Source: an uncultured Nitrososphaerota archaeon (GTDB lineage Archaea; Thermoproteota; Nitrososphaeria; Nitrososphaerales; Gagatemarchaeaceae). From it: a stretch of 64,000 bases of DNA. Positions 41,555 to 51,040 of this stretch are shown here, one piece after another. How positions within the stretch are numbered: position 1 is the stretch's first letter; every line of letters begins with the position of its first letter. The stretch covers positions 325,456-389,455 of the forward strand of contig CAVRAG010000004.1 in assembly GCA_963718895.1 (NCBI GenBank), read 5' to 3'. The position numbers and the translations under genes were made by a program. The notes beneath the pieces are model-generated. The model was not told the DNA's origin, did no database searches, and saw only the letters and a list, made by a program, of their open reading frames with translations.

Positions 41555-42193
41555 ATGGCGAATCCAAGGCTCTATGCTCTCGGCGGAGTCGTCGCACCCT
41601 TCTTCTTTCTCGCGATGATACTCCTGGAGCATTCGCTGATTCCTAGCTTCAGCTGGACGACCCAACAGACGAGCGACTTGGGTGCATGGGCCCTCTATGG
41701 AACATACGCCCTCCTCCAGAACGCAAATTTCATCGTCTTCGGAGTCTTGGTGTTTGCGCTTGCGGTCGGGCTTCGGCGTGAGCTCCCGGCCCTCAGGGCC
41801 ATAGGGCCTCTCGTTGGTCTCTTCGGGGCTACGTTCGCCCTGACCGGTGTCTTCCCCGACCAGCCTATGCCCTGGCCAGGGGAGGTGCACGGCCTGCTTT
41901 CATCGGTGGGTAGCATCTCGCTGATCGTGGCCATGTTCTATGCATGGATGAGGCTCCGCCGCAGAGGCGACCACACGAGGAGCGGCTGGACCAGCTATGC
42001 CATCTTTTCGCTCGTCTGTTTCATGGCGAGTCTGGCCCTGCTGTTCGTCTACCTGACCTTCGGACAGCCAGGCTCGTCGATGGCGGGAGTGCTTGAGAAC
42101 GCCTTTTCAGCACCGCTGTTGATTTGGTTGGAAGTCACGTCGCTTGGGCTTCTCCGCCCGTCGTTGGCCAAGTGGTTTGGGCGGCGGGACTAG
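41555..42193 (+). CDS. DUF998-family membrane protein
   Basis: QTSDLGA, QNANFIVFG, GVFPDQP, VHG; start at MANPRLY. Confidence 0.8.
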   Translation: MANPRLYALGGVVAPFFFLAMILLEHSLIPSFSWTTQQTSDLGAWALYGTYALLQNANFIVFGVLVFALAVGLRRELPALRAIGPLVGLFGATFALTGVFPDQPMPWPGEVHGLLSSVGSISLIVAMFYAWMRLRRRGDHTRSGWTSYAIFSLVCFMASLALLFVYLTFGQPGSSMAGVLENAFSAPLLIWLEVTSLGLLRPSLAKWFGRRD

Positions 42194-42205
42194 GAGCTGG
42201 TTCTC

Positions 42206-43210
42206 TTGATGATGAAAGCGATTGTGTGCCCGAGGTACGGCACCCCCGATGTCCTTAAGCTCACGGAGACAGAGAAGCCTGCTCCCAAGGACGACGAAGT
42301 ACTGGTAGAAGTCCTTGCGGCGTCGGTGAACGCAGCTGACTGGCACATCATGAGCGGCAAGCCGTCGATGATGCGCTTGATGGGCGTCGGGCTCCTAAGA
42401 CCGAAGAACAAGATACTCGGGTCCGACATTGCGGGGCGGGTCGAAGCCGTCGGCATGAACGTGAAGAGGTTTCGACCAGGCGATGAGGTATTCGGGAACA
42501 CGCCGGGAGGTTTCGCCGAATACGTATGCGCCCGTGAAGACGCGTTGGTGTCGAAGCCCGCCAATATACCGTTCGAGGAAGCGGCGGCCGTTCCTCTGGC
42601 GGCAGTCACCGCCCTGCAGGGTCTTCGCAAAGGAAAGATCGGGCCAGGGCAAAAGGTCCTGATCAACGGTGCGTCTGGCGGTGTCGGTACGTTTGCGGTG
42701 CAGATTGCCAAATCGTTCGGGGCTGAGGTGACCGCAGTGTGCAGCGCCAGGAACCTGGACCAGGCGCGCTCGATCGGGGCAGACCACGTCATCGACTACA
42801 ACCAGGAAGATTTCACCAAGAACGGGCAGCATTACGACCTGATTCTGGCTGCCGGCGGATACCATTGGATCTCAGACTACAAGCGCGCGCTGGGTCCAAA
42901 GGGGATCTACGTCATGACCGGAGGTTCCATGGCCCAACTGTTCCAGGCCATTCTCCTGGGACCATGGATGTCGATGACCGGGAGCAAGAAGATGGGTAAC
43001 ATGATGGCGCGGACGAACCAAGAGGACCTGGCCTTTCTCGGAGGGCTCCTTGGAGCGGGCAAGATAGTGCCGGTCATAGAGAGACGCTACCCCTTGAGCC
43101 AGGTTCCTGAGGCTATCCGGTATCTGGAGGAAGGACACGCTCGAGGAAAGCTGGTGATAACCTTGGAGGATGAAGAGACGGTCACGGCAGGGTCGGCTTC
43201 GGCGAAATGA
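42206..43210 (+). CDS. MDR-family NAD(P)-dependent oxidoreductase (quinone reductase-like)
   Basis: AASVNAAD, GSDIAG, NGASGGVG, GHARGKLV. Confidence 0.92.
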   Translation: MMMKAIVCPRYGTPDVLKLTETEKPAPKDDEVLVEVLAASVNAADWHIMSGKPSMMRLMGVGLLRPKNKILGSDIAGRVEAVGMNVKRFRPGDEVFGNTPGGFAEYVCAREDALVSKPANIPFEEAAAVPLAAVTALQGLRKGKIGPGQKVLINGASGGVGTFAVQIAKSFGAEVTAVCSARNLDQARSIGADHVIDYNQEDFTKNGQHYDLILAAGGYHWISDYKRALGPKGIYVMTGGSMAQLFQAILLGPWMSMTGSKKMGNMMARTNQEDLAFLGGLLGAGKIVPVIERRYPLSQVPEAIRYLEEGHARGKLVITLEDEETVTAGSASAK

Positions 43211-43368
43211 CCTGGGGAATTGGGACGCTCGCTTGGGCTGCGGCGGTCATCCTCCTTGCCATCGGTCTGATTGAACTGGCCGGGGGTGATTTCGCGAGCG
43301 GGGCAGGCCTCCTTGTCGTCTTCGCCGTCTTGTGGGCCGTCCTTCGGCGGCTCAAAGTGAAGAGTTAA
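43207..43368 (+). CDS. Small 2-TM membrane protein
   Basis: Manual translation MTWGIGTLAWAAAVILLAIGLIELAGGDFASGAGLLVVFAVLWAVLRRLKVKS; ATGA overlap with the upstream gene. Confidence 0.55.
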   Translation: MTWGIGTLAWAAAVILLAIGLIELAGGDFASGAGLLVVFAVLWAVLRRLKVKS

Positions 43369-43557
43369 TCGAAGACCGGTTGTGGTGCCTCATTACACCC
43401 AGAGGAGATTCGAACCCATAATAGGTCTGGGCTCCTTCGGGCCCACTTCACTCATTTCACGCTCGCTCTCCCAGCCATCGAGAGCACCAGCGTCCTGCCG
43501 CCGCCAGGTCACATGAGACTCGCACAGAATCGTTTATTAGCATGATATCCATGTCAT

Positions 43558-43902
43558 ATGACTGATATGTCAGTTGTAAGGCTTGAACCCTCGAAGCCGT
43601 TCGGCCTATTCTTCCAGGCACTCGCCAATCCTGCACGCATGCGAATCATCCATTACCTCAAGACTGTGAAGAGCGGTCGCTCTGTATCCCAGATATGTCA
43701 CGAAGTGGGCCTGGAGCAGACGCAGGGGTCTCATGCACTCCGATGCTTGGCCTTCTGCGGTCTCGTCACTTCGGCGAGAAACGGTAAGTCCGTAATCTAT
43801 ACGCTGAACAGCGAGACGATGCTTCCTCTGCTGGGTGTGGTGGAAACCCATCTCAAGAAGTATGGGTCAAATCTCTACGCCTGCGACGCATTGGAGAGAT
43901 GA
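43558..43902 (+). CDS. ArsR/SmtB-family regulator
   Basis: FQALANPARMRI, SHALRCL, GKSVIY; several Cys. Confidence 0.88.
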   Translation: MTDMSVVRLEPSKPFGLFFQALANPARMRIIHYLKTVKSGRSVSQICHEVGLEQTQGSHALRCLAFCGLVTSARNGKSVIYTLNSETMLPLLGVVETHLKKYGSNLYACDALER

Positions 43903-44288
43903 CCATGGCCGCCAAAAGCCCTCTCGACACATCATATGGGAGAAACTACGAGAGAGCTCCATGGGTCTACCTTCTCTGGGGGGTCCCGTTTGCCTTGGTG
44001 GCAGCGACTTCAGTGGCTTTCTCGGCATCTCTGATCTCGCTCACTCTCGCAGGAGCCCTATGGACGCTCTCAGTGGGCTGGTTTGGCGTCGGTTGCTTCA
44101 TCAACGGCAGATCGTGTGGAAGGGTGCATTGCAAGATCGACGGAATCGCCTTTCCCGTGCTGGCCTTGGTCGGCGTCCTGAACGTCCTGTCCGTTGTTTC
44201 GTTCAGTTGGAACTTCTTTTGGGGTGCCTTCATTGTCATTCTAATCGCAAGCTTTCTTCCTGAGTTCGTCTGGAAGAAGTATTCATGA
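43899..44288 (+). CDS. Cys-containing membrane protein (possible metal transport)
   Basis: GCFINGRSCGRVHC between TMs; coupled to ArsR. Confidence 0.7.
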   Translation: MTMAAKSPLDTSYGRNYERAPWVYLLWGVPFALVAATSVAFSASLISLTLAGALWTLSVGWFGVGCFINGRSCGRVHCKIDGIAFPVLALVGVLNVLSVVSFSWNFFWGAFIVILIASFLPEFVWKKYS

Positions 44289-44618
44289 ACAAGACGAAGC
44301 CGACATGTAGCGACAACTCGCCGGCGTGAAGATGCTGGTGATATTCACGCTAGCCATAGCCAGCGCTCTCACTCTCTACTTGATCTTGCTGTTAGTCGCG
44401 CGGGAACCTGTCCTAAGGCCATCCTGCGCGCATTGCTATTCGTCCCGAGCTTCAATGGATAGAGGGTGATGTGGGCTGCTGCTAGCAAGGGGTGCGAGAA
44501 ATCGCATGATGCTGCACGCTTAACAGTCACTTCCGCTTGTAAGATAGACATGTCAGACGACGGCGCTGACAACAAAGCCAAGTCCCCACGCCCGGTCGGC
44601 GACAGAAAGGTCATTCCT

Positions 44619-44638
44619 GATTGATAGTTATGTCCGAA
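44619..44638 (-). repeat. 20-bp motif copy (1 mismatch)
   Basis: TTCGGACATAACTATCAATC. Confidence 0.85.
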
Positions 44639-44698
44639 TGGCTGTGATAGCCTCTCGGCTCGCGAGCTTGTCCTGTTAGGCGAGGAGGCGCAAGGGAG

Positions 44699-45397
44699 TC
44701 ACTGCCAACAATAGGAGCCTTGTCCGTTCATCACGAATGTGGTAGTTACATTTGCCGAGGGAACATGAAGGGTCACGCAAGAAGTTCCAATCGGTGGAAC
44801 GGTTGCCGTGAAATGATAAGTCGACCCCTGATAGACAACGGTGAAGCTGAGCTGCCCGCCCGACTCTGCTTGATTCGGGAAGACGGGGGTCAGCCATCCC
44901 TCTTGTCCGACGCTGAAGCTGTCTATGTGAACGACCTGTGTTTCGGGAGGGTTTCCGACTATATCGCATCCGAGCGTATCGACTGCATTGACCAACTCCC
45001 CGCTAACCGACGCGTTTGTGGAATCGGATGCTATTCGAATCTGTAGTCCCCCGATTCCGGTAACAACGCAAGAAGTGAGATATGTGTCAGTCGCGTTGGT
45101 GAAGCTTGTTCCAGTAACATATCCAGTGTTACCTGCGGATGAAGTAGTAGGAGCAGAAGTAACAGTAGCTGTGATTGTAACAGTTGTCTTGAATGTGGTG
45201 GTCGTTGTTACGGTTGTGCCGTTAGGAGCAACGGAGAAAACTGTCATCGTAGATGTCTGTGTGTTCGTGATGGCGGTTGTCCTTGTGACGGTGGCGGTAG
45301 CCGCCGTCTCTAAGTAAAGAGTGCCTCCTACGATGAGCGCGGCGACCACTATGGCGATCGCCAGTCGGGAGAAGCTCCGGACCGGTGTAGCGCTCAT
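44699..45397 (-). CDS. Membrane-anchored Thr-rich protein (MS..P.RS leader family)
   Basis: MSATPVRSFSRLAIAIVVAALIV, T-rich linker, Cys-containing C-domain. Confidence 0.75.
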   Translation of the reverse strand: MSATPVRSFSRLAIAIVVAALIVGGTLYLETAATATVTRTTAITNTQTSTMTVFSVAPNGTTVTTTTTFKTTVTITATVTSAPTTSSAGNTGYVTGTSFTNATDTYLTSCVVTGIGGLQIRIASDSTNASVSGELVNAVDTLGCDIVGNPPETQVVHIDSFSVGQEGWLTPVFPNQAESGGQLSFTVVYQGSTYHFTATVPPIGTSCVTLHVPSANVTTTFVMNGQGSYCWQ

Positions 45398-45434
45398 CAG
45401 AGAAAGGCCTCAAAGAAGATTGCGCCTTGACTTC

Positions 45435-45454
45435 GATTAATAGTTATGTCCGAA
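45435..45454 (-). repeat. 20-bp motif copy (exact)
   Basis: TTCGGACATAACTATTAATC. Confidence 0.9.
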
Positions 45455-45519
45455 CTGCAACCTCTAGCGTCTGTCGGTCTTAGAAGCCTAAAAGTGACGG
45501 TGCCACGCCAAGGTTGATT
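45455..45519 (-). repeat. attC-like imperfect hairpin abutting the motif
   Basis: CAACCT..GCGT..GTC..TTAG / CTAA..GAC..ACGC..AGGTTG. Confidence 0.5.
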
Positions 45520-45546
45520 GCGCTCTCCCATATGGCAGTCGCGGTC

Positions 45547-46194
45547 TCATGCGGTTGCCGCGGAAGTCGAGGTGCAGGATATCGCCGGACCCAGGAGGAC
45601 GACCGTGACGTCATTCCCGTTGACGTTGATGACCCCAGAGGGGTTTCCGAAGTTCCACGCCACGGCCATGCTGTACTGGTATTGCCCGTTTGGAACGGAG
45701 AACGCGATCACCGAGGAGTTTGCGTAGGAGGGGCCGGCGGCTCCAGAGCCGGTCGAGACGGGAAAGGCGGCATTCGACGGCTCCACCACGGTCCAAGGTC
45801 CAAGCGTTACGGACCATGGGGCAGCATAGGACGTGGGCGTGCAATCCCCGCTCTGCTTGAAAATCACTTCGTAGAGGCGCGCGCCCGCCGGAAACGTCAG
45901 TGTCCCTGTGACGATCACGGTGGCATTTCCTAGAGTCCGTGTCGAGACGGACGTGATAGTGGTCGTTGTGGTCGCGGTGGATGCGATGGGAGTTCCGATG
46001 GGAGTTTCAGTGACTGTTGAGAGTATTGTGAACGCCGTGGTTGAGATCGACGTGGTGGTCTCTGGTATCGTCTTGGTGATCGTGACAGTGCCCCCAAAGG
46101 TAGACGTGGCGACGATTGCGGCGGCGACTACGACCGCTGCCACGACCATCGCCGCTGCGATTCGGGTGTAACTCCGTGGTGGTTGACCACTCAT
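45547..46194 (-). CDS. Membrane-anchored Thr-rich protein (same leader family)
   Basis: MSGQPPRSYTRIAAAMVVAAVVV; WSVTL...IAFSVPNGQYQY surface-protein beta-domain. Confidence 0.75.
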   Translation of the reverse strand: MSGQPPRSYTRIAAAMVVAAVVVAAAIVATSTFGGTVTITKTIPETTTSISTTAFTILSTVTETPIGTPIASTATTTTTITSVSTRTLGNATVIVTGTLTFPAGARLYEVIFKQSGDCTPTSYAAPWSVTLGPWTVVEPSNAAFPVSTGSGAAGPSYANSSVIAFSVPNGQYQYSMAVAWNFGNPSGVINVNGNDVTVVLLGPAISCTSTSAATA

Positions 46195-46209
46195 AGAAAT
46201 CCAACCTTA

Positions 46210-46237
46210 TGAAGCGTGATTAGTAGTTTTGTCCGAA
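46210..46237 (-). repeat. 28-bp site, inverted partner of 48071-48098
   Basis: TTCGGACAAAA CTACTA ATCACGCTTCA. Confidence 0.85.
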
Positions 46238-46383
46238 TGGTGTAGCCTCGTAGTAAATCCTCGCCGTACATCGGTTGGACATGCAGCTAAGTTTCGGCTT
46301 CGAAGGGCCCTCGCCGGCCGTAATACGTCTTCTTGGGCCTCCGCCAAGTCCCCGTCCCGAATACGCATGAGGCCTGAACAGGT

Positions 46384-46761
46384 CTATCTGGCGCTTTCCT
46401 TCCGCATCACCGCGGCCTGCCGCCGGTCGTAGGTCTTCAGCGCAGCGCCGACCTCCAGCGCCAGCGCTATGAACACGGCGTCGTAAATGGACAGCCCGTT
46501 CCTCGCGGCGAGCGCATAGGACCGCTCCATCAGGCCCGGGCTGGGACGGACCGCCCTAATCTTGTTCGTCTCGAGCAGCCCGTGGAATATCGAGAGATAC
46601 TTAGGCCCGTCTTTGAGGTCCTTCAGCAGGTGCTGGTGCTTCCAGACGGAGTTCGCCACCTCGTAGACGGCCAGGTCGAGGGTGATGATGTCCTCCTCCC
46701 TGAGCAGCTCCTGGTCCTTCAGGAGGCCCTCGACGATGAAGCTGGAGTCGGCGACCATCAA
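46384..46761 (-). CDS. vapC: VapC PIN-domain toxin
   Basis: VADSS, YEVANSVWK, SIYDAVFIALA, TYD. Confidence 0.9.
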   Translation of the reverse strand: MMVADSSFIVEGLLKDQELLREEDIITLDLAVYEVANSVWKHQHLLKDLKDGPKYLSIFHGLLETNKIRAVRPSPGLMERSYALAARNGLSIYDAVFIALALEVGAALKTYDRRQAAVMRKESAR

Positions 46762-46976
46762 CGCCCTCTGTCCTCCCCGATGAGCCTGGCGTCCTCGGCG
46801 GAGGTCGTCCTGACGCGGTCCTCGCCCTGGAGCTCCCGCAGCTTGACCAGGAGCCGCTCGCTCCGCTTCGAGTCGAGGTAGAGGCGGAGTGCGTCCCTGA
46901 TGGAGTTGGAGAGGGGGCCGTACTCGAGCAGGGCCCTCTTCTGCTCGTCGGAGATCCTCACGCTTATGGTCGGCAT
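46758..46976 (-). CDS. vapB: VapB-like antitoxin (RHH)
   Basis: TISVRI...LIGEDR; overlaps the vapC start. Confidence 0.8.
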   Translation of the reverse strand: MPTISVRISDEQKRALLEYGPLSNSIRDALRLYLDSKRSERLLVKLRELQGEDRVRTTSAEDARLIGEDRGR

Positions 46977-47053
46977 GTATGACGCTTTGTAGGACAGAGT
47001 GTAATATTTAGCGTTTGGGTTTGAGCAGTCTCCACTGGTAGCGGGCCATGCTG

Positions 47054-47151
47054 CCCCTCAGCACGTCGTCGACGTCAAGTTCTATCTCGTTGACCTATAC
47101 AGCAGCGAGAAGAACGAGTCGCCGAGCTCCGCCACGGTCCTCTCGCTCGGC
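47054..47151 (-). pseudogene. MazG-like 3' fragment
   Basis: SERTVAELGDSFFSLL... matches the 50645 gene; frameshifted. Confidence 0.7.
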
Positions 47152-47152
47152 T

Positions 47153-47575
47153 TTACGGCCCTGGGACTCTCTCCACCAAGCCGTCGAACTCGGCGTCGAA
47201 GCTCATGATCCTCTCGATTCCGTGGACCTGCATCAGCGCAAGAGAGGTGCAGTCGGTGAAGCTCATCGGCCGCTCGCGCATCTCCCGGAACTTGTCCCAG
47301 GCCGACTGGAATTCGCCACGGCCGACGGGCAAAAGCTCGATTCTCGGTGAATCTATCACGAGCCTGCCCGTATTGACCGCGAGGTCGTGCCTGTGGGTCC
47401 TCGCCAGAGCTGTCGTGATCGCTTCATCGACGATGAAGTCTGAGGTGCAGACCCGCCCGAACTCTCCCCGGAGCGCTCTCTCCATGAGCGGCACCGCCTT
47501 TGCATGCAGGTTGTCGGAGCGGTTTCGTGCCGCGACGAGGATTCCCGTGTCTATGAATATCGCCGTTCGCACCAC
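47153..47575 (-). CDS. vapC: VapC PIN-domain toxin
   Basis: IFIDTG, IVDEAIT, SFTDCTS, SFDAEF. Confidence 0.9.
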   Translation of the reverse strand: MVRTAIFIDTGILVAARNRSDNLHAKAVPLMERALRGEFGRVCTSDFIVDEAITTALARTHRHDLAVNTGRLVIDSPRIELLPVGRGEFQSAWDKFREMRERPMSFTDCTSLALMQVHGIERIMSFDAEFDGLVERVPGP

Positions 47576-47586
47576 ACCTCCGTGGT

Positions 47587-47859
47587 TCAGCCGTAGAGGA
47601 ACTCGTCGATTCGCTCTGATGCGTCGGAGACGCCCCAGTCATCGGGGCTCTGGAGCTGTTTCCACGCCGGGTCCTCCTCCAACGGAGGCAGGCGCTTGAG
47701 CCTGCTCACGACCTCTTCTCTGTGTTCCATCGAGTAGTCCAGCATGGTTCCCATAGCCTCTTGAAGTGATACTTTCAGCCCCTCGTTGATTATCAAGGAG
47801 GCGACGAACCTCTCGAGGTTCTTCTTCCGCTGCTCGTCGATCTTCACTGAAGCAGACAT
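47587..47859 (-). CDS. vapB: Putative antitoxin
   Basis: MSASVKID...DASERIDEFLYG directly upstream of vapC. Confidence 0.75.
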   Translation of the reverse strand: MSASVKIDEQRKKNLERFVASLIINEGLKVSLQEAMGTMLDYSMEHREEVVSRLKRLPPLEEDPAWKQLQSPDDWGVSDASERIDEFLYG

Positions 47860-48070
47860 GGCTGTTTTGACTACTTTTCTACTTTTATACTTTGCGACAA
47901 TGATTGTTGGTGGGGTCCTCGGGCGGCCGTCTGACCGATGGTCTTCAGGGGTGTTGATGCCCAATCATTCATACGTGGTTGTCGCGTCGTCAGATATTGC
48001 TCAGTGCCGTAATCTATGATGAGGGATCCTGCGCCTGAGTGAAGCACCCCGACAAATCACCCCAGAACCG

Positions 48071-48098
48071 TTCGGACATAACTATTAATCACGCTTCA
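48071..48098 (+). repeat. 28-bp site containing an exact 20-bp motif
   Basis: TTCGGACATAA CTATTA ATCACGCTTCA. Confidence 0.9.
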
Positions 48099-48124
48099 GA
48101 GACTTTGCACTCAGGCCGCATGCC

Positions 48125-48565
48125 TTGCAACTCGGGAGAACGCTTCTGCTCTCAGTCACCCTCGTCTTCGTAGCCCTCGGCCTCGGAATCTCCATCGGAT
48201 ACGGCATCTCTCCCGTAACGACCCGGACCACCACGCTTACGCGCCTCACCACCTTGGTCGAGACATCCCCGACTACCATAACTCAAACAGGGCCGACGAC
48301 GATAACAGTTGTTGCGCCACCCGGCGAACCCTACACGGTGTACACCGTAACAGAGCAAACCGCCCAGGTCCTAATCGTTGTGCCCGAGTGCGCCACGAGC
48401 TCCGGACAGGTCATCGCCACGACCACCACTGTAGAGGCGAGCACGACCGTGATTTTCATCACCCCGACAGGGATCGACTATTCCGGTGCGGTCTCCTTCA
48501 CCACCGTGACCAATAGCACGTTTGGCATCTCGCTTCGGACGCAGACCGAGAGCACCTCCTGCTGA
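48125..48565 (+). CDS. Membrane-anchored Thr-rich protein
   Basis: N-terminal TM then T-rich body. Confidence 0.7.
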   Translation: MQLGRTLLLSVTLVFVALGLGISIGYGISPVTTRTTTLTRLTTLVETSPTTITQTGPTTITVVAPPGEPYTVYTVTEQTAQVLIVVPECATSSGQVIATTTTVEASTTVIFITPTGIDYSGAVSFTTVTNSTFGISLRTQTESTSC

Positions 48566-48664
48566 CGAATGCCCACTGTACACCGGTTGGACATGCAGCT
48601 TAGCCTAGGAGGGTAGAATATGTTCGCTGGTCATCCGGACGGTCGCGACTCCCATGACAAGCCT

Positions 48665-49027
48665 TCATATCATCTCCACTCCCGGCAGGTTCCTGAAATG
48701 GTGGTCCCCCGTGACCACCGTCATCTTCCTCTGCAGGCCGGTCGCGTACACTATCGCGTCGACCGTGTGCAGCCCTCGTCTCTGTCTTTCATCTGCCGCT
48801 TGGAGTGCGATCTCCTGAGACAGGGGTACGATGAAGCTTCTCTCCACGATGAAATTCAGGCTCGGCGCAGGATCCCTTTGGTCCCTCAGATATCTCGCCT
48901 TCACCTCGGTCAGGCAGATGGAAGGGGTGTAGAGAGGCTCGCCGCCATCGACGTAAGGCTTCACCGCGGCACCCCTGTCCGAACCCTTCAGATACTCGAT
49001 CCAGGCAAAGGAATCAAGGACCTTCAT
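48665..49027 (-). CDS. vapC: VapC PIN-domain toxin
   Basis: VLDSFAWIEY, DAIVYAT, TGDHHF. Confidence 0.9.
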   Translation of the reverse strand: MKVLDSFAWIEYLKGSDRGAAVKPYVDGGEPLYTPSICLTEVKARYLRDQRDPAPSLNFIVERSFIVPLSQEIALQAADERQRRGLHTVDAIVYATGLQRKMTVVTGDHHFRNLPGVEMI

Positions 49028-49217
49028 GGGGTTCCTTCTCGTCTCTGAGATTGGTCACGGTCAGCCAGGGGTCTGCTCCGAACATGCTCTTCTTTGGGGT
49101 CGAGAATTGCTTCGTCAGAGCCTCGTTTATGGTCTTCGAGATCTTCCGCCTGCCGTACTTCTTGACAATCTGCTCGTAAATCTCATCTTTGAGGAGAATC
49201 GTGGTCTTTACTGGCAT
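49014..49217 (-). CDS. vapB: Putative antitoxin (RHH)
   Basis: MPVKTTILLKDEIY...SMFG; overlaps vapC. Confidence 0.75.
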   Translation of the reverse strand: MPVKTTILLKDEIYEQIVKKYGRRKISKTINEALTKQFSTPKKSMFGADPWLTVTNLRDEKEPHEGP

Positions 49218-49454
49218 CAAGTCACCGTAGATGTAATACATCGATGTCATATTTAAGCCCTGTTGAGTTTTTGGATTGACCCCCTGCATTGGGGATGCTA
49301 TCGCTCAGCCGACCTGCTCAGCCTGCTGCCCGAGCGGGTTGTAGGTGAGCCCCTCGGAAAACCGTCACCCTACGGAAGAACCATTGGTAGGTCAATCGAC
49401 TGCTACGAGCAGTTGATGGGCATGGTCGAAGGATGACGCGCAGCTGCTCTGGAC

Positions 49455-49922
49455 TCATTGTGTTGAATTGGTGGGGAAGAACTTTCTGTAAGGTAGGAGC
49501 AGGCCAGCGACCAGAATCGCTGCAATGAACATGGAACCGACATCCACGTACCTGAATGCAAGATAGTCATTAGACACGTCGAGCAGAAAGAGCACGGGCA
49601 CAACCCACGTCAGGTACCAGGCCCACGCTTCTCCCTTCCTGTAGGCCGTCGCCGATAGAACCGCCAAGAAGGCCCCGAGGCCTGCGCTGAAGATGGCAAA
49701 GATCCTGATGAGATAGTAGATGTAATCGGCAACGCCCGGGCTCGACGCGGCTAACTGGGAAAATGTGGAGCCGGTCAGGCTCTCGACGGCGCCTTCGGCT
49801 TCGGTGAGGATTCCAGGCGAAACGAGAGTGGCGGACATGGAGAGCAGGAAGAATGACCCCATTAGGAATGGAATCACCCAAGCATACTTCTCATACGCTT
49901 TCTCCTTTCGAACTACAGCCAT
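49455..49922 (-). CDS. Membrane protein
   Basis: 4 TMs; YRKGEAWAW, LLLPYRKFFP. Confidence 0.7.
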   Translation of the reverse strand: MAVVRKEKAYEKYAWVIPFLMGSFFLLSMSATLVSPGILTEAEGAVESLTGSTFSQLAASSPGVADYIYYLIRIFAIFSAGLGAFLAVLSATAYRKGEAWAWYLTWVVPVLFLLDVSNDYLAFRYVDVGSMFIAAILVAGLLLPYRKFFPTNSTQ

Positions 49923-50034
49923 GAAACATGCCCCAAGTCAACGACATGAGCGAGCGCTCTTCGCCTGTCTTCACGGACGGGAATGCCGTCGATGTACGCC
50001 CTTCCTTCCGTGCCTCTCAAGCGAGTGAAGGTCT

Positions 50035-50517
50035 TCATGGTTGCTGTCTTCCCGGCGTCGTCTGGCCCACGAACTCGTAGATGGTTCCCAGAAGCGGCTC
50101 GGTGTCCATGTAGTAGAATGTGCTGTCGCCGATCCTGCCACTCATGAGCACGCCGACTCCCATCTCCCTGAACGCTGCAAGCACCGCGTCAGGGTCCTGA
50201 ACGAGCGACTGGACATGGTGGAGGCCCTCGCCCCTCTCCTCCAGGAACTCCTTCCAGATGCTCGGGCCCTCAAGGGGCTCTATCAGTTCCACCTGAATGC
50301 TGCCACTCTGTGCGATTGCGGCCAGCATTGAAGCCTCGACGGGTTTCCCCCGCAGAGTCACGTCCCTGAGGAGCGGCGGCTCGATTCTGAGGGTCATCCA
50401 AGGTCCGATTCCCAGCGTCGCCCAATAGTTGTCAGTTGCCTTCTGCAGGTCCCTGACAACAATCCCGATCTGACATACCTCGCCTATCTTTATTTTGGGT
50501 ACGGCCGGATTGCTCAT
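50035..50517 (-). CDS. VOC/glyoxalase family protein (methylmalonyl-CoA epimerase-like)
   Basis: QIGIVVRDL, ELIEPLEGPS, GEGLHHV. Confidence 0.88.
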   Translation of the reverse strand: MSNPAVPKIKIGEVCQIGIVVRDLQKATDNYWATLGIGPWMTLRIEPPLLRDVTLRGKPVEASMLAAIAQSGSIQVELIEPLEGPSIWKEFLEERGEGLHHVQSLVQDPDAVLAAFREMGVGVLMSGRIGDSTFYYMDTEPLLGTIYEFVGQTTPGRQQP

Positions 50518-50644
50518 TGTTTTCCAACTTGAATGAGGTGGTCGCCGTATTTAGCCTCGTATACTCTCACTAGAAGTTCCGATTCCCGACTTCAGGCTCG
50601 GCCCTGAGGTCTGCAAGGCCTTCAGAGGCTGGGCGTGGGACTCT

Positions 50645-50950
50645 TCAAGGGAGAGTCGGTCCCCTTTGATCTCGTTTCGCATACCTAACCAGGGTGCTTC
50701 TCAGCACATCTTCGACGTCGACGTGCATCTCGTTCGCCATGCACAGCTGCGAGAAGAGCGAGTCGCCGAGCTCCGCCACCGCCCTCTCGCCCGGCCTTGC
50801 GGCCCCGCGCTTCCCGTAGCCCGAGTCCCGGAGTATCTCCTGGGCGAGCTCGCCGGTCTCGGCGCAGAGTTCGAGGGCCCGGTACGGAAGGGAGAGCCTC
50901 GTGCCCGTCTTCTCGGTGTGCTCGGCCGCCAGCTGCTGGAGGAGGTTCAT
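50645..50950 (-). CDS. MazG-like nucleotide pyrophosphohydrolase
   Basis: LCAETGELAQEIL...ELGDSLF (ExGE...ELGD pattern). Confidence 0.8.
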   Translation of the reverse strand: MNLLQQLAAEHTEKTGTRLSLPYRALELCAETGELAQEILRDSGYGKRGAARPGERAVAELGDSLFSQLCMANEMHVDVEDVLRSTLVRYAKRDQRGPTLP

Positions 50951-51040
50951 GGGCCCCTGGAAGGATCCGGGGGGATTTGTCCTTGTCCCGTCCGACAGGG
51001 GTTCTGCTTCATTGGTGGAGTGGTGAAGTTTGTGAGCGCC

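Noticed and set aside
32115-43419. tRNA T-loop-like strings GGGATTCGAACC (32115) and GGAGATTCGAACCC (43405)
   Set aside because: No cloverleaf can be built around either; too short to call as tRNA or att scar.
44369-44614. 81-aa ORF behind the motif copy at 44619
   Set aside because: Start is only about 5 nt from the motif and there are no recognisable features; more likely a decayed or non-coding unit.
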